From Sphaerodactylus townsendi (Eukaryota), in the NCBI RefSeq assembly GCF_021028975.2, contig NC_059433.1:60078001-60142000 (forward strand): a DNA stretch of 64,000 nucleotides. Reading direction: 5' to 3'. The position numbers and the translations under genes are program-made. Under the pieces are notes generated by a model. The model made no database searches, was not told the DNA's origin, and saw only the letters and a program-made list of their open reading frames with translations. Shown in pieces: positions 25,845-38,241 of the stretch (position 1 is its first letter; every line of letters starts with the position of its first letter).

Positions 25845-25942
25845 TAGGAAACAAATCCAGTTCACCAGATAAGAGTACGCCACTCATGTGGAGGAGTAGG
25901 GAATCAAACCCGGTTTTCCAGAGTAGATCCCACCACTCTTAA
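25845..25942 (-). mobile_element. Squam3-like SINE 5' fragment next to a (TG)n tract
   Basis: GGGAATCAAACCCGG (reverse B-box); homology to the 11332 copy. Confidence 0.7.
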
Positions 25943-26321
25943 GATGGCAGATATTAAGGATGTAATTGCTTAGTCTCAGCAATGAAAGAATTGTGTTGGA
26001 AAAAAGGATCTTACAATGGAAAAGCATATCAAATAAGAAAATAACTTTAAAATATTAATAGTAACTATCTATTAATATTTTTAAAATCATTATCTTCCCA
26101 TTGAGTATTTTTATACTTTTATGTAATATTATTCGTATAATTATATCACCTTTTAATTTTCCAGAACTGTAATTTCTGTTCTTCATACTATGCTATATAG
26201 ATGTTTCCGTTGGTTATTAATAAAAATAAAAAATAAATTATAAAATAATTTGTTTGCTTGTTTTGAATATTCAACTTTATTATTGTCCCTGCCTGCCCTA
26301 CTTCACTTTTACTTCACTTTT

Positions 26322-26478
26322 ATCACCCTTTCTCCCCAGTGGGAATTCAAAGCAGCTTAGATAATTCTCCTCTCCTTAATTGTATCCTCTCAATAACCTC
26401 ATGAGGTAGGCTAGGCATAGGAGGTGTGCCTGCCCAAGATTTCCCTGTTACTACTTCAGCACTTTAACCACTTTAGCA
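26322..26478 (-). mobile_element. Older tRNA SINE
   Basis: CTTTCTCCCCAGTGGGAATTCAAAGCAGCTT...TTAACCACT; related copy at 61158-61345. Confidence 0.55.
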
Positions 26479-27458
26479 GCCTGTGGTCCAGGGAATTGTT
26501 TTGCATCTTTCATGGGGGGGGGGGGGGGGTTACTTTTGGAACAGTAATATTGATACAAGTGCTGCTTAAAGGGCTAAGCCAGCAGTCTTGACTATGGAGT
26601 ATAATAAGATCTGTGCTTTTAAGAATCACTTGATGGATGAAGTTAAGAGAACCAGGCCTGGGGAGCTCTCTGCAGAAAAACTGGGGAAATTTATTTATTT
26701 TATTTATTTTATTTATTTATTATTTGATTTAATATACCGCCCTATCCCCAAAGGGCTCAATTGGAGTGGGTTGAAATGAAGGAGTGCCTCCTTGTATGTA
26801 AATAGAAAAGCATAAGGACATCCCTTTGCAAGCCCACTGTGCAAGGAAGAGTCCTGAGGTAAGTGTTCCGTGGGTAATGGGCCACAGGGAATCTTTACAA
26901 GTATTAGTATAACATTTTCTTGAACTACGTCCTTGAACAATGAACTACTTACATGAAAACTTCACATTCAGAACAGATCTTGACACAAGGCTGTAATACA
27001 GTACAGTATAAATTTTGAACATTCTGTTTTTGAGCCACCATCCTAGCATGGTTTGGCTGTGATTTACTTAATCTGTGCTTTCTAACAGTTGGATTGTGGA
27101 ATGTATAATTTCAAAGAACAAACTAATCAGTCTCCTTCCCTCAGAATTTGAACGGTCATGTTGACAAATAAATATACTTGTTTATGGGCAACAGATTTCC
27201 ACTTCAGACATTACTTTTGCTATATACATTCGATGTATACATTGGATATCCTCAGTCAGTTGGAAGGGGACATAGTCCATTATCTTATTCTTTCTAAGAG
27301 TTTTTTTTTCTCATTTGCTGTTATGGCCAAACTCATCTTAACATTCTTCTAAGTTTCTGAGTTGGAACCAAATAATCATGAACAGGGTATCGCAAGTGGA
27401 TTGGAATCTCCCCAACTCTTCAGTTGTCCCCCCACAGGGTGCCTAAAGTTGCTCTTGA

Positions 27459-27745
27459 GCAGGGGTCCCAAACCTTTTTCAGCCTGATTCACGTTTAGAA
27501 TTCTGACCAAGTGTGATGGGCGCAGCCACAAAAGGGCTGCCTCAAACTGGTTGCTGCAGCTTATGAAGGTCCTTGTGTTGTGGTGCCAAAGTAACACCTT
27601 TAAAAATCTGTACAAGCAATAAAATCTCCATAAAACTAGCTGAGCGAAAGCCCCACCTGGCCCCACCCACTTTCTAAACATACTTGATGGGCAACAGGAA
27701 AGGTGTTGGTGTCCTGGTGCCCATGGGCATCACATTGGGGGGGGG
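27459..27745. mobile_element. hAT (Charlie-like) MITE
   Basis: 5' CAGGGGTCCCAAACCTTTTT and degenerate 3' CACATTGGGG end. Confidence 0.55.
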
Positions 27746-28022
27746 CTCTTCTTGAGCGAAGAGTGTGGGCTGCAGCACAACTGTAATATCTTCAAAAATC
27801 ATAATCATCTTCTTGTGTGAGCAGAAGTGCTTTCTGCACACAAAAAAAGTGCTTGGGAGCCATTCTTCTACTTTTTTTGTTTGAACTTTCAGAATGAGAG
27901 ATTATAAATCCTTACTAGGCAGCTGTCTATTCTATTTAATATGCATGCTTAAATTCAATTGATACAGTAGAAAATTTATAAAAGAGGATGGCTATGTAAA
28001 ATTACCTGATAAAATTTTACAT

Positions 28023-28104
28023 AAAAGCAATCCTATGCAGAGTTACTTCAGTCTCATCACTTACTTCAGTGGGCTAGAATAACTCCTTATTAGAATTGCA
28101 CTGT
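28023..28104. mobile_element. Short palindromic MITE (GCAATCCT...GAATTGCACTG family)
   Basis: Inverted ends shared with the 31979, 35061, 40078 and 58608 copies. Confidence 0.6.
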
Positions 28105-28204
28105 AAGGTACCTGCCTTATTTTCAGGAATGGTTCCTAACACCAGTTCTATACCCATGTAATCAGCTAGTCTGACATGGGATCAGGATTGAATTATACTC
28201 TCTA

Positions 28205-28640
28205 ACAGCCCAATCCCAGCAGCAGGGGACAGTGCTGCTGCCATGCTGCCTCCAAAGGGCTTTCAGATTGCGCAGGGAATCAGCAAAAAAAACCAAAACC
28301 CACTGCCTGAAAGACCTCTATAGGGCTGAACAGAGTTATGCCACCCAAAAGGGTGGGTGTAAGCCCTGGACATGACGTTCTGGCTCTAAAGTTGGTCCAC
28401 CCATGGGAATGCCCCGAGCCACCTCCCCACCCCCCACACCTGCTTCCGATCACATACCAGTGTTGCTCTGCAGGGGTGCCCGCTGCCAGATTTTGCTACC
28501 ACAGAGCCATGAAATGTCTGGCTGTCAGCGTCTTTGCCCTCTCCACTTGTAAGGGTGATTTTTATGCCAATGGAGGGGGCAAACATGCCAGCATGGCATC
28601 CGAGATGTGATTGCCCCCCTCTCCTGCTCTGGATTGGGCC
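28205..28640. mobile_element. Longer element with CAGCCCAATCC...GGATTGGGC termini and GC-rich interior
   Basis: Inverted termini visible; a related start occurs at about 29659. Confidence 0.5.
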
Positions 28641-29491
28641 ATAAAGCTACAAAAGCAATTAGTCCTGGAAAAAGATCTAGGGACTTGGTAACTATCCAAA
28701 GTTAATATGCCTAAACATATTATAGCATTGTAGAGTGACCAAAGAATTCAGAATAGTTACAGATGTTTGTTCTTGCCTATATTTTTGCGTATCCTGTAAA
28801 ATGAAATGGTTATTTCTGTTTAAGTATAACTTCCTTCTCTGGATTGACTCTTGTTTAGCTCTGTCTTCTCTCTCCTACACTAGAAACACTGTTCAATATT
28901 ATTTATGGTTCATCATTTATGCACCAATTTCATATCATGCCTCCCAAGAGGCTCCATGGAACCTTACATTAAGTGAAGAAACATAACCAGTGATCAATAA
29001 AATGCATTCATAGAATGCATTTTAAACAAATGGGGGAAAAGGAAAAGAAAAGAAATCACAAAAACGTATGAACAGCATCCAATATAACAATTTTTAAAAA
29101 TCACTCATTGGCTTCAAAGTAAAAATCTCTTCACAATTTTCCTAAAAGCTACAACATAAATGGCATTATGAGTTTCACTACAGCACAATCCAGAAAGTGC
29201 ATTCCATAACATGGGCACCATTGAAAGGACGGCCCCGGAAACATGAGGGCCTGCACAAAAGTTTTCTTGGCAGCCACTTCTGCTCTTCTAGAACTTCTGG
29301 AACTTCTTCCCCACTGCACAGCTTCTTCTTTAAAGGTCTTCTAGAACAGCTGAAAACTTTTTTTAAAATCTCAGAAGACTTTTTGTACCTACACTTTGTC
29401 TCTAGTGCATATACGGTTTGCATGGCTGATGTTTTTAACCATTATGTGTGAATTTTATTGCAAGCTGCCTTGGCTTTTAGAGTAGAACAGC

Positions 29492-29655
29492 CATGGCTGG
29501 AGTGAGGGGGAACTGTGCCCGGGCACACATGTGCCCTGCGCTCCTCTCCACTACACCCCGCCCCTCCCAGGAACGCCCTGGAATGCCCCTGCACCAGTGT
29601 GCGCCCAGTGCATCTTGCACCCCCCCTTCCCCGCCCCCTTTGCACTATGCCACTG
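29492..29655. mobile_element. GC-rich hAT MITE (same family as 36310 and 45060)
   Basis: Ends CTATGCCACTG; TSD agaacagc/acaacagc (7 of 8). Confidence 0.75.
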
Positions 29656-30431
29656 ACAACAGCCCCATCCAGAGGGAGGGGGCCAAATCCACTGGTGAAA
29701 GTGGTGCATGGCCACACTGGCGGATTTGCCTTCCTGAGGGCACTTACCCTGTTGGAGAAGTTGATTATGCCAGTGTATGGTGGCCGTTGCCTCCACCCCA
29801 CCCCCGCCCAGTATTGGGACATGTGCCCCTGCAACTGCTGCTGGTGTAGCAGGGATGGGCCTGGAAGTTTCTGGTCATTCGCAGTGTTACACCAGCACCA
29901 GTAATTCAGACTGGAGAACTCCTAGAATTACCCACCCCCAGGTCCCTCTCCTCCCCAGTCACTAATCCACGAACTGGTAAACTTTCTTCATGTGATAACC
30001 CTCATGAAATAGCATTGTTGTATTACATTCTTCAACTGGGAACCAATTCCCATATTACAGTTAGGTATGTAGGAATTGAAGCAATAACTAAATAAATCTT
30101 GCACATATTTGATGACAAGGAAAATTTTATTGGATGTGACAGCTGTGCCTTGTCCCTCTAATTAATTTTTGCAGGATATAGATTTTTTAAATTTTGTGAA
30201 AGTTTAGTTCAGATGAGCTGAGATTTGTTCCGAAGTTATAAAAAGGTTTATCCCAAATGTTTGTGCATAGTAAATCCAAAAAGATTTACTTTTGGATTCA
30301 GGTTTGAATCTTTGGGTTTTATGTACTTAGGTCAGAGAATTTGCTAAGCCTATTGTTACAATACTCTAGCGATATATCAAGATTTTAGTGCCTTTTAAAA
30401 AAATGAAACCACTCTTCTTTGGGGGCGGGAT

Positions 30432-30567
30432 CAGTGGTGGGATTCAGCAGGTTCGTACCACTTTGGCAGAACTGGTTGTTAAAATGGTTCTTGTATACAA
30501 CCTGTTGTTAAATTATTTGAATCCCGCCACCGGAACAGGTTGTTAAATTATTTGAATCCCACCACTG
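30432..30567. mobile_element. hAT MITE with CAGTGGTGGGATTCA TIR and duplicated right terminus
   Basis: 15-bp TIRs; TSD ggcgggat/ggcggggt. Confidence 0.85.
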
Positions 30568-32066
30568 GGCGGGGTGGTTTGACCACCACAGTCCAATCAT
30601 GGAAAAGTGGGCTGGAGGTAGGTGGGACTGGGTGAGACAAAGAAATCCAACAGAAATATTACACGTGAGGAAAAAGGTGACCCAAAATTGCTTCTAGGAA
30701 AAAAAATATCAAAAATTGAAATAAAAACTAATGGGAACAAAAATGCATGCAGAAATCAGAGGATAACGCAAAGAAATATGGGGGCAAAGCACATATACAC
30801 AAACATGCTCATGTGAAAAAGATCTTAGTAGCCTGTCAAATAATTTTGAACAATGGAGGCAAATAGAGGGTTTCCCTCCCTAAATTGCCAGAAAGCATGT
30901 CTAAAGTTTCTTATAGCTGATAGGATGTGACCAGAATAAACTGTATGAGTGCCTTGTGGAACAGAAATTGGCTTGGATGAAAACTGGAAACTGAAAACGA
31001 AGGGAAAAGTCAAAGTAATATTGCACGCTTAACAACCTTCTTACATTTTACATGCATAAATTCAATTTGAGGGATAACCTCCTACTTTTCTTCAATGCAG
31101 TTTCAAGTTGACTTTAATAATCTGATAAAATGACAAAGGGGAAACTAAATACACAGAACTGTGCAATTCTAAATGAGAATTTAGCACAAGAACTTTTTTC
31201 CTTTTACTTGTGGGTTATAGTAAGATGAATAGTAAAGATGGTTTCAGTTGTTCATCCTTGAAGGCATTTTAATATCTATGTTGAAAAGCTCACAGTGAGG
31301 TCATAAAGTCAGGTGAATTAAGGCAGGAAGCAATGAGACTGCAGCAATAACCACTTTTAACTGCCAAGACGGGATCTTTGGATCTGTGTGATTCTTTCCC
31401 CCAGCAAATGCAGCTACTTATTTCCTGTCAAGAATGCAATAACTGATATTTCATCTGGCCCATTATACACAGAATACAAATAACACAGGAGGGAAAAGTG
31501 CATGGGAATGACTGTTCTTGTCTTAAAGGAGATAATGTGGGACTAGAGCAGTAACTCACTGAAGCACCTTGGCTATTTGTTTACCAAATACATATCCATT
31601 AAAAAAAACCCTTTCAGAAGAACTGTTTGTTTTCCCAGACAAATATATGATTGTTATGCAAATACACGAATCTCATATTTTGACTGCTATCTCTTAATAA
31701 AGGCTGCTGTTGCATCTCAATCCGTCAAAAATGTGCATGAGATTTCTATGGATATGCGTTGGACACTGAAGGCACAAATGAATAGGCTATGTTGTTGTTG
31801 TCCAAGCAAATTAAAACTATGGATCACAAAGATGGTAGTGACTGGTGGAGCTGGTAAACGACAAGTCATACTAGGGAAAAATAGTAGCCTTTGAAGGATG
31901 CTACGCTCACAGTCCCAGGATATTTTTATGTATATCAGTTGCCCTTACAATTATCACTGTTATCATGTATTTGCTGAACAGTGCCATCCTAAGCAGAGTT
32001 CTATGCTTTGAAGTCAATGGGCTTAGGAGGCTGTCACTCTACAAAGGATATAGATCACCATGGGTA

Positions 32067-32203
32067 CAGTGGCAGGATTCAGCAGATTTGCACCACTTCG
32101 GCAGAACCGGTTGTTAAAATGGTTCTTGTAAACAATCAATTATTACATTATTTGAATTCCTACCACTGGAACCGGTTATTAAATTATTTGAATCCCACCA
32201 CTG
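32067..32203. mobile_element. Second copy of the CAGTGGTGGGATTCA hAT MITE
   Basis: Colinear with 30432-30567; TSD catgggta/gatggata. Confidence 0.82.
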
Positions 32204-32246
32204 GATGGATAGTCCTGTTATCTATCTATGGCAGTAGGGAAGAGTA

Positions 32247-32345
32247 AGAGTCCAGTAGCACATTAAAGACTAACATTTCTGGCAGGGTGTGAGCTTTCGT
32301 GAGTCACAACTTAATTCTTCAGGTACAGCTTGAGTGTGAGTCCAT
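32247..32345 (-). mobile_element. Penelope-like fragment (second family) with minimal hammerhead core
   Basis: Minus strand CTGAAGA-ATTAAGTTGTGACTCAC-GAAA-GCTC; a degenerate relative lies at about 63110-63190. Confidence 0.65.
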
Positions 32346-32419
32346 CTGCCCTTGGCACAATGTGCTTGTTGCATGATGGAGGCAAATTTAATACAGTAAA
32401 TGGTAAATGAACTAGAGGC

Positions 32420-32710
32420 CCCTTGCCCGTCTTCTGGTCCTTGTTTAGACCAATTCAGACTATGGGATTTTGACTACTACTCAATCCACTACTTGTCCCA
32501 TTGACCAGTGCCCATCCTGGCTGGTGAAGGCCAGTGAGGAAGTGCTATGGGACTCCCTGTTGAAAATTATCAACTTCTCCCTTGACCAAGCAGTATTTCC
32601 AGAGTGGTTAAAAGAGGCAGTAGTCTGCCTGCTCTTAAAAAGACCATCTTTAAATCTTTTTGATCTAGCCAATTGCTGCCCAGTTTCGAATTTATCATTC
32701 CTGGGTAAGG
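32420..32710 (+). mobile_element. L2 LINE RT N-terminal fragment
   Basis: TTCPIDQCPSWLVK...IINFSLDQAVFPEWLKEAVVCLLLKRPSL...PVSNLSFLGK. Confidence 0.85.
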
Positions 32711-33127
32711 AATGTCTCTTGCTAATATTTCCATGGATCAAGGCTATGTTTTTATGCCATGATTCATTGCTATGAGCCTTTATTTGAAACAAAGGCTCAG
32801 GATTAGATACAAAAATTCTAATAATAACTACTGCCCTTGGATTTATACTGCCCTACCCATTGTTGGCACAGTTGCTGCAACTCAGTGCTGTGCCAATAAC
32901 TACACTCCTGAATAGCCCAGATGTACTTTGAATGGGACTTACAATTGCTCGCTGGAGTAGGATTGGTAAACATTGATCAGGAGTAAAAATCCTTTCTGTT
33001 ACATTGTCAGAACATGTTTAGAATCCGAGATAGGAACATAGTTTTCCATTAAACAATGATAGGTAACTGCCTACAGAGTTATTCTACGGAAGTACAATAA
33101 GGATTTACAAGCTGCGACCCCATTAGC

Positions 33128-33222
33128 TTGTTGTTGTGGCTTTTCTGGGCTGTATGGCCATAATCTGGTAGTTTTTGCTCCTAACTTTCACATGCATCTA
33201 TGACTGGCATCTTCAGAGATAT
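33128..33222 (-). mobile_element. Penelope-like terminal-repeat fragment with decayed hammerhead
   Basis: Minus strand CTGAAGATGCCAGTCATAGATGCATGTGAAAGTTAGG. Confidence 0.7.
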
Positions 33223-35820
33223 GTCACAGCAAGATGTGCTTCTCTCTGTGGCACATGCTACCCTGTTACTTTCTATAATGCTGATGCAGGCTTTTTTAAA
33301 CACAGCAGTAGCTCAGCTCTTGGGAAGATAATGTGGCACAGTAGAACATGTACCATGATGTTAGCCGGCATCTTTTGAAAGTCCAAAATGCGTGTTAACT
33401 GGCCAGACAGTCATGACATGGTATAAAGCAGGTTCCTATGTTCACTGTTCAAGGTCAGAGAGGAATTATCATTCAATAATAGAGCATATACTTTCAGTCT
33501 TGGGCATCTCCAATTAAGAGATTCCTGGGTGACAAAGAAAACTTTTTGCTGCACGAGATTTCAGAGTGACAGTCAGGTACAGCACTCACTGAGCTAGATT
33601 GACTAACTGACTGAAGCAGAGAGAGGCAGCCTCTTATATTCTTACAAGGCAAGTAGACTTCAAAAGCGTGTGCCAAATCATGTTAATTATATCTGTGAGT
33701 ATATTTAGTTTAAACTCAACCAAAATTATTTTTCAAAATGATCCAAAAATATTATTTTAGACTTGTGAGTACCAAGAACCTGTATTCATCAACAGCTTTT
33801 GTTATTCCTCAAAACCAGTTGGTCTTTTTTTCCAAACAGGAATCGTTTCATGAGGTCCCATGGTTTACGTAGAACACTGACAAAAATGCATTATGTTACT
33901 AAAATATTGTCACACTGATAAATAATTGCATAATTGCTTGTACACACCACAAAGTGCAATAACCTATTACAGTTAAACATGACATTTCCCCATGCAATGA
34001 ACTCCTGTTTAGAAATTGCAATATTTCATTTGTTCATCATTAATATGCATGATACCAACTTGAGCAAATATATATGTACTGAAATATATCATTTTTAAAA
34101 GGAAGAGCAGCAGTACACCACCATTTGTTTTAAAAACAACAACCTGATGTTGCACAAGATGGGTTTCTTTGGTCACCTGCAGTGACTAATCCATACACCT
34201 CCACGGGATTCTTTCAATTACCAATTTAATATATTATTCATAAGTGGAGTGTCTGATGTCTTAATGGAGAGGCAACTCATCCAATAGGTGACTTGGTATC
34301 TTTCTCCCAGAAGAGATACTTTCCAAGGGGTTGCTATGCGAGGGCAGCTGCATTGTTCTGCCTGACCGGTCAATGTCTTTTCAGTCAAGAGGAACAAGAA
34401 AGGCACACTCTGGTCCAAACATTCACTGGTCTTTTGATAACATAGCGTTTTTGATAGAGCAGTGTCTCTGCTATGAAATTTCTTTTTTGCAGAGGCTTCA
34501 GTTAGCCCCCAACTCTATAGAAATTAGAACTGAAGGTTTTCATTTTAACTGGGGAGTGTCTGACTGATCAATTCACTGCAGAAACAAGGAAAGAGGCAAT
34601 TTCAATGCCAAGAAGTAATGTAAAACTTCCTAGAGATATATAATTGACTTTTAAGATTCTGTGGCATAGAAGGTTGGTGTGCTGCTTATAAAGAAGTACA
34701 TATAAATGTGGAGCTGTTGGTTTCATCTGCAGAATTCTCACTCAGAGGAAGAAATTTACATGCAAAGGACATAAATTGAAGCCCAATTAAAGAAGCAAGT
34801 ACCAGGTGATGGCAAAAACTTCCACCTGAAATTCTAGAGAGTGGCGGCTAGTTACAATACAATACTAGGCTTAATGCACTGACTCAATATCAGCTATCTT
34901 CATAAAACATGGAAATATTTATAGGGAAACTCTTCCAAAATGTCAGTGATCCATCATTCTATCAGGAAATTCTTCTTTCCAAATCATGAGTTTGATATCC
35001 TTGCATAATGTTCTGTTGAAGCTGCCTGGCAAATGGAGTCATGAAATGGAAGATGATTGACAGTAGGATCCTAAACAGTATTACACTCTTTTAAGCCCAT
35101 TGAAGTCATTGGACTTCAAAAGGTGCAATTATGTTTAGGATGGCAACAGTCTGCATAATTCACCATAGGACCACAATATTCTGCAGAGGACTCGAAACAC
35201 AAGGGAACATCACAGTATTCCTTTTATTAGCTTCATCTATTGAGCTAGTTCTGCCCCTTTTTAGAAGGAAAGATTTGTCCCCACTCATTCCTGCTTTTGT
35301 AATCTTCACGATGGACAGCTGCAAATTTCTCTTTACTTGTGGTTGCTATTAAAAACCTGGTAGATTCCTGGGGGCTTCCCTTATTAACATTAGAAGTCAT
35401 TACCTCATTCAATTAGTACTGTGGCTGCTACTAAGGCTCTTTCCTCACCTTGATATGCTTGCTTCATTTCTCTATTTCCCTCCAGGCCTAGCTGATTTCT
35501 GAATGCAGAGTCAGTTGTGAGAAAAATGCATTGTGCAGCAGAGTAAATTAAGAAGTATTAAGAATTTAGTCCTATTGCCCAACTGTTCCAGTTTTATTTC
35601 AAAGCAGACTTCCCACACTCCACATTATGAATAGTTTCCTGTCTTTCCCCCTAATTTCAGCTGGTGGGGTGGGGGTGCAGGTTGTATCACGGAAGCATTC
35701 AAAGCCAGTGCAAGAAGAATTTGGATATAATTAAGAGTAGAAAAGTAGCATTTCCAATAAACTTCAGTTTGCACTGCCTGTCACACTTCCATTGCTTGGC
35801 ATGATCCAAATGTGTTAATT

Positions 35821-35921
35821 ACCGGGGTGTTGTGGGTTTTCCGAGCTGTATGATGGTGTTCCAGTAGCATTTTCTCCTGACATTTTGCCTGCATCTGTGG
35901 CTGGCATCTTCAGAGGATCTG
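35821..35921 (-). mobile_element. Penelope-like solo terminal repeat with 11-bp TSD and hammerhead motif
   Basis: ATGTGTTAATT at 35810-35820 and 35922-35932; minus strand TCCT-CTGAAGA-TGCC..GGC-AAAA-TGTC-AGGA. Confidence 0.82.
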
Positions 35922-36309
35922 ATGTGTTAATTGTTTTCATGTTAAGAAAATATAAGGCCACTTAAGTGATCATAAGAATAGATGGATTTTTTTTTTACTA
36001 ATGCCGGCTTCTATTGCAGAGACTATCTTCTTACTGGGAGGCTGTTGAGACAAAAAATTTTGAGTGACTCAGTGGGCTACAGGGAGAGGGTGAATACTTA
36101 AGTACATTTAAGAATTTTTAATAGCATAGCTGGATACAAGCTAAGATAATCTAGCTGCAATGGCTGAATATGAAGATACTATAATAGAAGATACTGTTAT
36201 ACTATTATAGAAGATACTATAAAATATAAAAATAACTTTTTAAAGAAAAAACAATTAGAGACTATCCTTTTCTCTTCTGTGAACTCCTGCATGGATATAC
36301 TCCTTTCAG

Positions 36310-36409
36310 CAGGGCTGGAGCAAGGGGCAACTGCACCTGAGGCACATGTGCGCCCTGCACCCCCCTAGTGTGTTGTGTACTTTCCCGTCCCCTTGGCGCT
36401 ACGCCACTG
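36310..36409. mobile_element. hAT MITE with perfect 8-bp TSD
   Basis: CCTTTCAG at 36302-36309 and 36410-36417; ends CTACGCCACTG. Confidence 0.85.
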
Positions 36410-38015
36410 CCTTTCAGGGCTAGATTGCACCATCTCTAGCCCTGTCCCTCTACAACTTGACCATCTTGATTCTTGTTTGCTTCTTCTATGCTGTGATAGA
36501 TTTCAACATCCAGTCAACTTTTTAAAAGAAGACATGCAAGGATAGAGCAATATAGTTTCCCACCTGCAGCAAGCTTATTCATTGTGTGTGTGTGAACGGA
36601 ATATCACTTTGTTGTTTCTGGAGAGGAACTTACAGGAGCATCACAGAAATGCTTTTAGGATATTCAGCAACAGAAATCTTACAGTTTGTATTCTTGCTGA
36701 TTGATCTGGTATCAAAATACTCAAGGTGGTCTGTGTTCTTATATATGTTCCAGGCACTGCTTTCTAAACACAAAATTACCATTCAGTTGATATTGTCATA
36801 TAATCCTTCCCAAGAGCACTGAAAGAATGCTGTCCTGTGGGTTAATTTACTTCATTGGTTGCCAAGCAAATGCCAGCACAGACTGATGTGTGTTTTCACT
36901 AGCTGTCACGTGAGCCTCAAAACTTGATGTAAATATATGATCACTGAAGCAAAGCTTTCCAAACCATGCTTCAGTCGGCTGTCAAGCCTACACCACTGTG
37001 AAGGGGGTGGTGGATAAAGCAGTTCTCTTTGCCTTTCCCCCGCAGTTCTCTTTGCCTTTTCCCCCTCAAGGATAAGAAATTTCTCCTTAAATAAATAACT
37101 CAGCTTGACCAAATGAACCATTTTTGAAGCACATTTGCATTAATTCATTTCTGGTGCAAGTTTGCAGAACAAATTTGTTTAAAAGTAATCAGTCATTACT
37201 GACTTCTTCCAATATGTAGTCTGTGACGCATCAGTTTGAAGTGTAATTTGTTTCTCTTAACTAAAATACATTCACCTACACTGATTGTATGATGATCAGT
37301 TCATGACTATTGTATTTTATAGACATATACAACTATGACAAAAGTTTTACCTTCCTCCCATCTGTAGATTCACCAGGGCTATTTAAGCTTGTGGTATCTT
37401 TGCTTCTTCTGGTACAGAATGATTCAGAAAGGGGAAAATGAATATTTTGTCTGTGTTTTTCCTTTCCATTGGGTGAGGCGGGCTTCATGAATTCTATACA
37501 ATATTTTGTGTGAACAAAATGTGGTATTACGGTAAGTGAATTTTGTGGTTGTGATTTGACACCACCACAAACGTTGGTAATACATGTTCTGAAAAATCAT
37601 GCATGACTTTCCACTTCAGAATCCTTGTAGCAGCAATTAAGATAGCCTTTCACAAAACAAAGATGTTTTATTTAATAAGTTCTATTGCTATTAAATACAA
37701 AACTCCCAGTTACAGTTGACATCACAATGGAAATGTCAAGGAAGCAAAGTTTCTGCAGTTTCGTTGTGATACAGAGTAGACTCTTGTATGAAAACAACAC
37801 CATGTACTGGGTCAGAAAACCAAAGGCATGAATCAGATGAGCATTTACCCACCTACAGATACATTGTTAGCCTGCTTTTCTTACAAGAAATTCAAGGCCA
37901 ATACGTACATAGTTTTCTCTTCCTCATCTGATCCTCAAATCCTATGAAGTAGTGAGACCAAATGATTCAGCATCATGACAAAGTACTGAATTTAAAATGG
38001 GTGTTTCTAGTACTA

Positions 38016-38241
38016 CGCTGTTTCCCCGAAAATAAGACCTACCCTGAAAATAAGCCCTAGCATGATTTTTTTGGAGGATGCTTGAAATATAAGCCTACTC
38101 CAAAAATAAACCCTAGTTACAGATTTCCCAGCACAGCTGATCTGGTCATGTAGGAGGCGCAAAATTATAGAAAAAAATTAAGACATCCCCTGAAAAAAAA
38201 GCCCTAACGCAAAAACTAATATAATTTTGGGGAAACACGGG
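38016..38241. mobile_element. Tc2/pogo-type MITE inserted in an old SINE
   Basis: TGTTTCCCCGAAAATAAGACC...TTTTGGGGAAACACGG with TA flanks and repeated AAAATAAGCCCTA motifs. Confidence 0.8.
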
